Source: Calcarisporiella thermophila CBS 279.70
Taxonomy: Eukaryota; Fungi; Calcarisporiellomycota
Direction of reading: 5' to 3'
DNA length: 33,170 nucleotides
Assembly (NCBI RefSeq): GCF_041956535.1
Contig: NW_027192207.1
Span: forward strand, 30,310 to 63,479
In this document: piece after piece, positions 10,799-21,924 of the stretch
Numbering within the stretch: position 1 is the first letter of the stretch
Layout of the letters: each line of letters begins with the position of its first letter
Notes under the pieces: model-generated
Told to the model about the DNA's origin: nothing
The model's database searches: none
What the model saw: the letters and a program-made list of their open reading frames with translations, nothing else
Made by a program: the position numbers and the translations under genes

Positions 10799-12728
10799 AT
10801 GCTAAGCACTCAACCTTCCCGGCTCAACCAGCCTGACTCCCCGCCTTTGACCGAGTGCGATCCGGAGGAATTACTCGATGAGCCCGAGCCTCCCAATTCC
10901 ACTCCAGCCGCGAAGGAATCATCGTCTGCCGACCCTGATGAAGCTTGCAGCGATGACTCGACTCCTCCTGAACCACGTCCCACCATTATAGCAAAACTTT
11001 CCCCAGATGACGCAAGTGATTGGAATTTTATACTTACGAGCGCTGGCCTTCGCTTCCAGCTCCGATTGCGGTCTCTCGGGGATCTGCACCGTCTTTTGAG
11101 CGCTTCTTACATATTTGATAATGCCTCTCTACCCGAATTTCCTCCCACCTTCCCTAGAGACAATGCAGAGTGCAAACCGCTACCGCGGTGTACCATTTTC
11201 AGCTGGCATTTTCCTAAACCCGTTCGACAGGACATGCTCATTCCGGCAGTCAAGAACTATGGCGGATTTACTCGGAGCCTAGTGGATTATTTGTTCCACT
11301 TTTATGTGAGTGGCTGCTTGAATTACTTCCAGCATCCGGATCGCCCAGCTTTCCTTGAGAGCTATTATCGGGGCGAGATCGAGCCAGTTTTGCTCTACAC
11401 CGCCATCACTAGGGCTGCCCTGCACCTCTTGCTGAAGCACATGGATTGCTCGATGTTAAGGCAGATCCAGAATGTGATCGAGCACCTGCTGGTTCGGGCA
11501 ATAACCTTGCTTGAGGAAGCATTCGACTCGCCGTCTCCGCAATCTGTGCTCGCCTTCTTAAACATGAGCTGCTGTATGCGGCGAATGTATCAGCTTGAAA
11601 AAGCATACACGTATCATAAACAGGCGGTGTTGATGGCTCTCGCGTTGAGGATGAACCAGGATGACCCGAGTGAACGGGATTCGATGAGGATTGAATTGCA
11701 GAGACGAATATGGTCAGTCCTTTTTTATTTGCATCTCTTAAAGCTCCGTTTGAGCTTACACCATGTTTCCCATTGGAATTTCAGGTGTTTCCTCTGTAAA
11801 AATGAATTGCTGAATTCGGGCGTCTACGGAAGACCCTGGATCCTGACTTTGGAGACCATTCGCAACTCGCCCAAAGTAACTTTGGGCCCCTGTGATACCA
11901 ATGAGTACCGGCTGTTTTTGGCAAGCATGATTCTCTTGAGATCACTTGGGTGTGAAATAGACTAACCTCTTTTTCCACGCTATGCCAGATCTCATTCGAG
12001 CTTGATATTGCATATCATACTAAACTCGCAAGATTCTCCAACATTGACTGGTCCCAACCCGACCAAGCGATTGTCCGGAATCTTGTGAGTATTGCTGCGC
12101 TTTTACAACACGATGTCCATGTCAACCTCGGGTATATTCTTGGAGTCGTGACAAGCATCCACCAAAAACACATGATCAACATCAAGCATGACTTCTGGAT
12201 CAACTGGTGCTATCTGTGGCAGCAATTTATCGAATCGGATGCCCCCCCAAGACGCATGGGGTCGGAGTTGATGCAGCAACTAAGAGCCAAGGCATTGGAC
12301 GAGTATCTCAAGGTTGGCTTAAGCCCTCTTTCATCCCCGGTATTCTATCGTGGGCTTCTAATCGAAACTCTCGCTCTTTACTTTCCACATACCAGGGAGT
12401 AACCAATGTGACCTCATGCTGGCGAACCGCTCTCCGAGACAGGGCGGGATGCAGTAAATATTTACCGAGCCACAACTTCTGCCATATGTACAAATTTATC
12501 GCAAGTCACCATCCAAATCGGACGATCCGACGACACATTTTTGGCCAGCTTGGCCAGATCTTTCGACTATTGAAGTCAGACCAAAGCCCTGCGACCCTGG
12601 GGGTAAAGCTGCAGATACACGAGGTAGTCAAGGCTCTGGAGGAGATGAAGCCATTCGTGTTCACGGAGCAAGAGCTGGAGATGATGAAGGGACCCAAATT
12701 GAAGCCAATTGCCATCCGACATAGGTAA
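10799..12728 (+). CDS. Fungal-specific transcription factor domain protein (Fungal_trans / Zn-cluster middle homology region); spliced
   Basis: LVDYLFHFY...FQHPDRPAFLESY...LLYTAI...SVLAFLNM...AYTYHKQAVLMALALRM....E.QRRIW|CFL is a typical middle homology region. There is an in-frame intron at 11713-11784 and further introns near 11950-11990 and 12312-12395. The start is uncertain and no intact Zn2Cys6 motif was found. Confidence 0.8.
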
Positions 12729-13532
12729 TTTACCCGTCGCTAAGGATGTAGGATTAGGTTGGGATAGGCTCTACTTTTATGACTCGTTGTAAAATATCCT
12801 CCTCTCTCCTCACAAATCATTCCCTGTTTAAAGCCGATGTTCAAAAATGGGTGTTTCCACCTGTGCACATTAGGATACTTTTTTTTCTTTCCTCTTTTAC
12901 CCCTCTGTTGTCGAGTGTGTTGGTGTTTTCATAATGGTTGCCAATTCCGACAATAAATTGGAGATAGTTAGCAAACTATTCCGAATGAAACCTCGTCTCT
13001 ACCCACCCCAACGCCGGATTATTTTCTCAAGGGGCTCTACATTATAGTCCCAAACGATTCTATTACCTCACTAATAATTGGCGTAGGATAGAGCCATGGT
13101 GAGTAAACTCCCGCCAAGAAATTTTTAGCTGCGCATAATGGCCCTTGGGAATAGAAGTGACTCGACTTTATCTTTCCTTCGTGGAGTTAAGAGGAAGGAA
13201 TGGCCAGACTAGAGCAGAGTACCTTGAAACAGAAAAAAGAAACAGACGAAACAAAAGGTAGACCATGGTTCTTATGAAACCACAGGTGGCTGAGTCTTTT
13301 GAGCTTATACTATGTTACTGTGCGCGGTTGCACGCGGATGAAAAAAAGTTAAATCCAAGGCTCTTGCGAATCACCAGTGCGTGTTTGCGAAAATTCGGTC
13401 GATATTTGAGAACGCTATGCTGAGATCCCAATATAGATAACAATGGGTGTCTCAGGGCTCGTCTTGATCCTTCCATTAAACTTCCTCGTATATCCTCAAT
13501 TAGTATATAATTCCAATCCGCAACCGAAAGAT

Positions 13533-13582
13533 GAGCACTAGTACTGACGATTGCCTAATGGCAATCGTCAGTACTAGTGCTC
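13533..13582. repeat. Perfect 23-bp inverted repeat with a 4-nt loop
   Basis: GAGCACTAGTACTGACGATTGCC-taat-GGCAATCGTCAGTACTAGTGCTC; the arms are exact reverse complements. Confidence 0.95.
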
Positions 13583-14501
13583 TTAGCTACAACGTGCTTA
13601 TTAACGTAAGCACATGCATACTTAAATTAGGAAATATCTATCCGTCAATATCAAATATTGAAGAGTGATACGGCCTTGGTTTTCTTTACACCTTTGACAC
13701 TACTTGACCATGCTCTTCCACCTTAGTGCTTTATGCATTTTCTTCTATCAACCTTTAACGAAACTTGGATAGGGATCGTGTTGACCTCCAGCGGATCCCA
13801 AGAATTTCGGCTATATTTTAGATTTATGATGGGAACCAGGAAATAATGTCTTCCTTGGCATAGACAAAACTGCGGATGCTATTAAAGGTGGCCTTAACTC
13901 TTATCTAAATTTCCTCCCATCTCTTCAACCTATGGGGTTCTCAAATAGCCTCGCCTTATAGGTTATAGATAGAATAAACGCACCATAGAGCTGAAATAAA
14001 AGTCCATATTTCTTGTCCTTAGAGTTTCGAAATGTATTAGGGCAAACTTGCCAGACTATTTGCGCTGGACACAAGTACTTGTGTTACCAACCAATCTAGG
14101 GGAGAAAACGAATCTTCGGCAGCATCATCAGTCCTCAATGGTTCACCTAGGCCCACTAGAAAAGATATAAGCTTAGTTTGGGGAGTACGTGAAAGCTTTG
14201 TGCAATAATGGCAGGAAGGACTTTGTGTTTTCCAGATGCTGGCAACACACTGGGATATTTAAGAAACGGTCGTGGTAGACGCTCAAGCAATTTTTTCTGC
14301 CTCAATTTGATTTTTGCTTGTACCTTCAGATTTCGCTCGCTTTTTTCCGCTCCTTTTCCCCTCTCTGACCCTTGCTAGCATCGTGTCTCTGGGGCCGTCT
14401 ACCCTCCCCTTCCAATATCTCCCAATTTTTTATCTCCTGGTAGTCCATTCCTTTCCATACTAACACTCTCCGTCGTCTCTAATATATTTCTGCTGGTTAA
14501 A

Positions 14502-15653
14502 ATGTTGGAGAGCTTCCGCACCGTCTGCTTGATACCCCATGGAGCCGACCTTTACAAATTCTCGCCTGGTCAGCCGATTAAAGGGCTGCTCTCCAACTCT
14601 ACATTAGACAGTATCATACTTCCTCCCTCCTCACTCGGTTTTCAATGTGCTACAGCGGATATAGATGGTCGGCCTACTGTTCTTTTCGTCACTTTTGTGA
14701 ATAATCGGTATAGTCGTGAAGTACCCAATATTGCGCAACTTAATCTCTATGATCTATCGCGGGGTACGCTTGGCAGTATGACTATCGAGCTTCCAATTGT
14801 GCGCCGTTATGGCGAATTTAAGCAATCGGCCATTATTGCAGACAAAAAATACGTCTATATCTCTACCGATGATTCCGGCATTTATCGTATTGATTTGGCG
14901 ACTATCAAAGAAGGGGCTCACATTACTGGTTCTCTCATTATAAGCGGTTTCCCCGGATCACAGCTATTGCTCTTAGACGGCTCCTTATGGAGCATTTCAA
15001 CTACTCGTTACAGTCGCACTCTCTTTCCGGTAAAAAGTGGTGATTTTTATGATAATGGCATCAACATCAGGTCGAACCAGCGTTGTACTGAGGGAACGAA
15101 TCTTGTTGCGGCTAACATTGACGATCGATCCCTGTATGTGTTCACAAATGCTGGATCCGATTTTATTATTACGGCAGAAATGAATTCAGTTAATTCCGTT
15201 TCTGCCACCAACAATGACTTCCTGATGACCTGTTCAGACATGCTAGGGGTGGCTGTGTTTAATGGTTCCGCGTATGTTCTTGCTAAGAGCCACACAGACG
15301 GTGCGGATCGCTTGTTCAAGCGGAGTTTGATCGCAAGCGCAACAGAGGGATGGGCCCATCTGTATGGTGCACCTGTGCCTGTCAAAGATATGCAATTTGG
15401 CTTGCGTCTGTCCCCTTCAGACACTCTTGATGATGTAATTTACCGTGGTCTTTCGGAGGGCGTCTTAATTGGAGGTTGTGTGGCTGCTTTTATGGCTGGG
15501 GCTCTCTTTACGTTCTTCATCACCTTCTTCATAATGCGTCGAAAGATCCGCAATCATACCGTCGTGGCTGTTCCAACTCCGGTAGAGACGGTGGAATATC
15601 ATCCACCTAACGTGTTCCCAGTTTCGAAACCACAGTCGGATGAGAAAGTCTAG
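14502..15653 (+). CDS. Hypothetical single-pass membrane protein (beta-rich ectodomain, C-terminal TM helix, short cytoplasmic tail)
   Basis: A 383-aa uninterrupted ORF behind a pyrimidine-rich leader. It has short beta-strand-like segments (KKYVYIST, GIYRIDL, RSLYVF, SAYVLA) and a TM helix GVLIGGCVAAFMAGALFTFFITFFIM followed by RRK. Confidence 0.75.
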   Translation: MLESFRTVCLIPHGADLYKFSPGQPIKGLLSNSTLDSIILPPSSLGFQCATADIDGRPTVLFVTFVNNRYSREVPNIAQLNLYDLSRGTLGSMTIELPIVRRYGEFKQSAIIADKKYVYISTDDSGIYRIDLATIKEGAHITGSLIISGFPGSQLLLLDGSLWSISTTRYSRTLFPVKSGDFYDNGINIRSNQRCTEGTNLVAANIDDRSLYVFTNAGSDFIITAEMNSVNSVSATNNDFLMTCSDMLGVAVFNGSAYVLAKSHTDGADRLFKRSLIASATEGWAHLYGAPVPVKDMQFGLRLSPSDTLDDVIYRGLSEGVLIGGCVAAFMAGALFTFFITFFIMRRKIRNHTVVAVPTPVETVEYHPPNVFPVSKPQSDEKV

Positions 15654-18173
15654 TGTGGCATGTAGTTGTACTCTCTTTCGCTATTGACTAGATGCTTGGA
15701 CCTTGTTTTTATATCTCCCCTTTAAACACTCTATACTACTGTCTGTAATATTGGCATGTCGATTCTGGGCTATTTTATCTTTCTATAATAATCCCTTTGC
15801 AAATATATGTACTTTGATTCTTTTCTAATTTGTATAAATCACTGGAAAAAGAGGCCAAGTCGATGAAATACATAGGAAGATGATTCGAGTAATACACTAA
15901 GAGAATGAGCCTCCTGAAAGCTCAGTTATGATATTTTGCGTGCACTACAACTCGATCGGGAGTCGCTAAGAAACTCAATAATCTTCGCTGGTTTGGGCTT
16001 GATTTCTTACGAAGCTTGAAATACGCATCGAAATTAGATTTGTTCTTGAGAATTTGTCTTGCAACTGTTAACAAAATTTGTAAAACGTTCAAACCAAGTT
16101 TAAAAATAAATAGCGAGAGCAAAAGTTAAATCTCTGTGTATTTTTCATATTCCCCATGTCGTATCACCCACAAGAGATATGAATAAATATGATGAATTAT
16201 ATAATTGCATTTTATTTTGAATAGTCATTTGTAATTTGCCTCTTATTGCTAATCTATGCCAACCTACAGCAATCTACTAGAGTATTTTCTCGACAATTGC
16301 TGTTTACCCATATGTAAGAATACTTTTAGGATGAAGATAAGGGTATACCAAAACGGCATTAAATCAATTGAGAACAATAGGAACTAGGGAATAAAAAACA
16401 ATCATGCAGTTGAGGGTGGTATACATTTCCACCAGCCATCTTGCATAAGGCACCTGTTGGTTGAGTATAGCCATTCCATCTGTTCTATGCCAAATTTTAG
16501 GAGAGCTTGCACCTAGTTTTGGACTCTAGAAACCACTCTAAAAGTACACTAACGCCCCATTATATCTGAGAACTTGAATTTTCTCTTTCTCTACTCTCAC
16601 CAGCAAAATCGATGATTGTATCGATTTTCTTTGGCAAATTCTCAGAGATGGTTCACATCAACCTGAAGCATTAAGCTATGTGAGTTAATTCGCCGTTGAC
16701 ACATGGTCCAATGACAAATCCTTGGCCAGTTCACTTAAACATCTTGACCTCTGAATCCAGATCTAAAACTAACTAGTTCCCGTGAACAAAGGTACAGAGA
16801 TGCTATATGTAGGAGCTGGAGAGGATAGGTAGAGGCTTACATTGTATTATATACTCCCTCTGTTGGGTTACGGATTTTTTTTCATTGATACAATCATTTT
16901 ATGAAATAACACCATCTTCGATTACTAAGCGCTTCCTTCCCCAATATTTTCATCAACGTAGGATTCATGGTGTACTCCATTCCGAAAGCAGTTGTGAGTG
17001 TCCATGCTCTTATTGAACCTCAAGAAAGCCGAGATACAGTCGGATTTATTCCCTTGGGCTGGTTTTACGCGCACTGGAAACTGCCATATAATATGTTAGG
17101 TAGTTCCTTTTTTTTCGCTGAGGAGGTAGAAGCGCATGATTTGATGGACATAAATCTCGGTAATTCGGATAAAGTTCGGAACGGAATCGCTGTAGAATTG
17201 GGATACTACGCAAAAATATTCGTCAATTATTTCCGATGTTGCTCTCAATAATAGTCATCATCTGTTATCGCTTTTGTCCGTCGATGATTAATAATGTACT
17301 GCGTACAGATTTCTTTCTGCCACATACCCATTTTTCGGATTGTAGGCAAACCTACATCACAAAAATGTCAGCTAGGATACCGGCAGGTGTTCATGATCCA
17401 TCTCAGCTACCACGGCATATATACTGGATATATTTTTATAGTTATATACGCAGTTAAGAGGAGAAAAACAATCGAATAAAAGAAATTCCCCTTTGAAGCG
17501 AGACTTTCTGACGGTCCGGTTGCTTCATGGCCGGCATTGGAGGTTTGTCAAGCAAATGACGTGGATTGATCTACGCTGAAACCTTGCGGACACATTAATC
17601 CAATTTGGCAGTTTTTGTACTCGAGATTTTAGGTTCAGGCTTATCCTTTTGTTCAGAAGTCGCTGACGTCGGATGAGAAAGCGAGCGTTCAAGAAAATAA
17701 TTAGCCGCGTGGGCAATTGAGAAAAGGCGGGTTTCAGACGTTAGTGCAATTAATAATCTCGGCCTTCCCTGTTTGCGGAAATTCTCTCGGTGGCAAAATC
17801 CTTCCAAGTAATGGTGAGAAGGCCTGACAGGAGGATTGGGCCGGGAAATATTTTGATTATTAAAGCACGGCCTTGCTATATAAAATCGATTTGCGCTCTT
17901 CCCCCAACATCCTGGAACCAAGAGGGTACCGGCTTCTCTCGATCCTATCTCCTTGTGCACTGCGGGGAAATTCCCTTTGTAAATCAGAACCCTCGATTAA
18001 AGCCTGAACTTTATACCGTCCAGACGCCTTTTTCTAGCTTTGCGTGGTTGATTTGCTCGTCATTCTGCATTTTCCTTTCCATCGCATTCATCCATTGTAT
18101 GTCCATACACCACTGAGCCCGACATCCCGGATTGATTTTTCAGGCGCTCCCCAAAGCTTCGGCAAATACTAGG

Positions 18174-19507
18174 ATGAATTCGATTTTTCCATACGCCCAT
18201 CCCCCCTTGTATTTCAGTACTCTTAGAATCAATCTCCTCGACATCTCGAACGATATCCTATCACCTGCTCTCATTCTTTTCTATGGCCTCATTATAGCCT
18301 CGCTCTATGCCATTCTCATGGTGCCTGTCTGGCTCCTGCATGCTCGCGTCAAACAGGCGCTTGGAGGAATGCTCATGTGCGTGCAATTATCCATTCCATT
18401 TCTTCTCACCTCTAATCACACATGTAAGTCTCAGTTAGCTCCATTAATTATATTGCCCCAGCACCTTTTTAATTGAATTTCATTATGCTAGTGCTCTTAC
18501 TAGGAATCGGTGCATTCGGGATTGGGCAATTCTATCGCTTTATCGACCTTTACTACTTCACGCCCGCTTTTCAGTCACGCCCTATCTACTACACGCGTCA
18601 TGAGCTGCGGGAAGAGGTCCTTAAATTCTTTCGCAGAAGAAATAGGTACCGCACCCTTCCCAAACAACCCAGTCAGTCTCCTCACCAGCTTGAGAAAGAG
18701 GGGCAGCGGGAAACCACATGGCTAGACTTGCTTCCTCGGTTTTTCTTCCACTACGTGACCGCCGACCTGTTGCGCTTCTACTTCCGCGGATATACATATG
18801 AGCACTACCACGCGCTCGGCTACGATTCCCCTTGGTTATGGTATCGCCTCTTTGGCGTCGCCTGTATGTTGTGTGTCGCGTTAAATCTTATGTGGTTCAT
18901 CGAGCTTCTTCAAATATTCACGAGCGTCATCTTTAACAAGGGCAAGATCAATCTAACCCACTATCCGGCGCTATTTAAGTCGCCTTGGTGCGCCAGTAGC
19001 TTGGGGGAGTTTTGGGGAGATAGATGGCACCAGTGCTTCCACCATTGCTTCACCGGAGTGGGTTGGCATCCTCTGCGACGCTTGATCAAGGAACACCTGC
19101 TTCCGCAATTCCCAAAAAACAAGCTCGTAGCCACGCTGGAGCTGTTCCTCCCCATGATCGGAGTGTTTTTGGCAAGCGGCTTGATGCACGAATATATCAC
19201 TTTAATCCTCCCTCATGCGCGAAGCCCCTTTTCCATGGTTGCGTTCTTTTTACTGCAAGGAATGCTTGCGGCCGTTGAGCGGCTTTTCAGTTGGATCTTT
19301 CCGGTGCACTGGAGGGCTTCTCGGATAGGCAGGGTCCTCGGCTGGGCATGGACAATGGGATCCATCTACGTGACTGCTCCCCTCTTTTTTGAGTTTTTCG
19401 CCAGGCTGGAAATGTGGAATGTGCTTGGGACGCAGCCCGGTATCTACACATGGTTGGATGCTAGACTGGCCAACCGAACAATATCTCTCGGTGCCAAGGC
19501 ACTCTGA
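18174..19507 (+). CDS. Membrane-bound O-acyltransferase, MBOAT_2 / wax synthase-like (421 aa)
   Basis: Exons 18174-18423 and 18492-19507 (GTAAGT...TAG intron). Motifs are PALFKSPWCASSLGEFWGDRWHQ and VFLASGLMHEY (catalytic His), with multiple TM segments. Confidence 0.92.
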
Positions 19508-19983
19508 TGTCAAAATAATTTAAATATGTATTGTTTCTTCTATATTCTATGGCTACTTTTATTATTATTATTATTGTGAGAACTGTTTTAAAACCTGTAC
19601 ATATTGCCTTTTGGACCAATTTGAACTCTTGAAGATAAAAATCCAATTCTATAAGCTTGTGTGCGATGAAAACATGAACTTTATAATGTGAAAAAAGCAT
19701 CGAAGATTCTCATTCAATAAATAGCATCGTCAAACAAAAAACAGTTACAAGCTAAATATTACAAATGGCTCATCTCGAAAGAAAAAAATAAGGGTTCAAA
19801 AAAATAAAAATAAAATATATAACATAGAAAAAGAATAAATAAATAAGAACACCGCTACATTCAGAGGATACATAAATTCCATAATATCTACACAAGAAAT
19901 ACAAATGGATCAAACCGAAGTATGTACAGAGAATTGGAACGAGGGGAATCTTACGCGGAATTTCTACAGAAAGGGGGTTAGTG

Positions 19984-20595
19984 CTAATCCATTTTCCCAA
20001 GCAACTTCATTGGAGCGAAGCAAGATGCAATGACCACTTGTTCTACGGCCTGAGGAGCAGGGACGAGGTTGAGGGTGCTCTCGAAGAAGCGCAACCGCCA
20101 TCTTTTCGAGTCGCTATAGTCGAGCTCTGCAATTTTTAGCTTACGCACAAGATGCGTGGTATAATCAGGGGGGAATACTATTTCGCACTCCATGCGACGG
20201 CGGAAGATGCTTGTCGACCAGGTAAATATGTAGTCAAGGAAATTAAACTCAAAATCCAGCCTACACATTTCACGAACACAAACGTGAGTCATAGTCATAA
20301 TATTTCCCTCTTCGGGAGAGGTCATATAGAAAATGAACTGGGAAAGAGAAAGAGTTGGATAGTTCGAAATAAGGGACGAATCACTTACGCGGCTCAAAAG
20401 ATATCCAGCACCCCCCGGCTGTGAACTAAGGAGGAGGCTAGGCTGCTGTGAATTTGTTGGAGATATGTCGATCCGTGGTAAAAGCATCGGAGTCGTGGTC
20501 CGATAGAGAATCCAGTCGTGAATAGGTTGCATCTTAAGGGACATAGGCGAGGGGAAGGGATTAGTGTAGCGAGACACGTCTAGTTTGAATCCCAT
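19984..20595 (-). CDS. Hypothetical protein (203 aa)
   Basis: ATG-initiated single ORF with globular composition, divergent from SRP19 and followed by an AT-rich 3' region. No family recognised. Confidence 0.6.
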   Translation of the reverse strand: MGFKLDVSRYTNPFPSPMSLKMQPIHDWILYRTTTPMLLPRIDISPTNSQQPSLLLSSQPGGAGYLLSRVSDSSLISNYPTLSLSQFIFYMTSPEEGNIMTMTHVCVREMCRLDFEFNFLDYIFTWSTSIFRRRMECEIVFPPDYTTHLVRKLKIAELDYSDSKRWRLRFFESTLNLVPAPQAVEQVVIASCFAPMKLLGKMD

Positions 20596-20973
20596 CGTGA
20601 TGAGGAAGGATTACCTTGTGGGGGGGGATAAGTCGGGAATGTAAGGGGATTATGGGAGTTGCTTGGTAAAATGGTATGTAAAACCTTTTTTTCTACCGCG
20701 CTGCACTGCAGCATTTTATAATCAACCTCTTTGCTCATAATTTAAGTTCATGTAATAATAACTCATTCAACATGCAATAACAACTCACCAGCGATTAATA
20801 ATGTCAGTTTGAGTCAAAATGATTATACCATTGCCTAATATAGATGCTGGGTATCCGTGGGGTTATCTTCGATGAAATAGGCTTTTGTGATAACGTCATC
20901 CTATGACGTTAATCGCTCTTTAGGATAACCGCAGCGGCAGTCTAGCTTCTCTAACGCAACAATTTTTTGCACA

Positions 20974-21780
20974 ATGAATCCTGATGATGTCGATAACATG
21001 GAGCTTCCGCTCCCCACCGAAGCCGATTCAGGACTCATAAGGGAGCAGCTAGGAATGAATATGATACCAGGATCGCGATTAACCAAGGATGGATCTGAGT
21101 TCAAGACGTAAATATACTTTCCGCTCAGATCCAAGCAAAGTTAGATCTAACATCCGAGTCATAGATGGGTATGTGTATATCCTATTTACATCGATGCAGG
21201 GAGATCTGTAGAAAGTGGCCGTCGTATACCAAAATCAAAGGCAGTGGACAATCCACACGTATTCCATATGGTGCATGCATTAAAAAAATTGAATATGCCT
21301 GTGGCATTCGAGGTAATTAACTCCCTACATTTTATTTTCATTCATGCCATGGAATTCACACCATTTCTTTCGCAAGCCTGGAAAATCACACCCACGAGAC
21401 TGGGCTAACCCTGGCCGAGTACGCACTCTAATCAAAGCGAATGGGATGTGGATTCATCCTACAATACGCAATCGTAAGGTCACGACACCCTCTCAGCTAT
21501 GGTGCATAAAACTGATGGCTCTTTGTCTGCTGCATTAGGAAAACAACTATATCTGAAAATTGCAGAGCTAGTTCCCGAAGTTAGCAAAGAGGTTGCCATC
21601 CCTGTATCCATGGTCACTCCTATGACACCACTCTCCGAAATCCAGCAGATAGCTACGAGCATGAAGGGGGATAGATCCTCCGCAGTGCCTTCTGCAAGCG
21701 CTACTGCGACCGCCGCAGGATCCAATTCCCCTAGCACGGGCGGGTCATCAAAAAAGAAAGGGAAGAAAGGGAAAAAATAA
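20974..21780 (+). CDS. SEC65: Signal recognition particle subunit SRP19/Sec65 (4 exons)
   Basis: The spliced product reads MNPDDVDNMELPLP...EFKT|WVCVYPIYIDAGRSVESGRRIPKSKAVDNP...FE|PGKSHPRDWANPGRVRTLIK...R|KQLYLKIAEL, with a basic KKKGKKGKK tail. These are canonical SRP19 motifs. Confidence 0.95.
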
Positions 21781-21924
21781 ATTCAATGAAATGTAATATA
21801 TTTACTGGACTGTTCAATTTTCGGGGTACCTCTTTCTCCATTTTGGGCTGTTAAAATAAAAGTCACTTTAAATTTTATCCTCTCCAGACCGTCCATTGCC
21901 TATTTACCACTTCTAAGGGTGTTA

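Noticed and set aside
16920-17480. Possible small spliced gene on the minus strand (mini-exon FAYNPKNG with a GTATGT donor) and short plus-strand ORFs
   Set aside because: A stop-free model could not be assembled. At most this is a decayed fragment.
1897-19507. Methyltransferase + transcription factor + MBOAT as a secondary-metabolite cluster
   Set aside because: There is no backbone enzyme (PKS/NRPS/terpene synthase), and the genes are interspersed with housekeeping genes.
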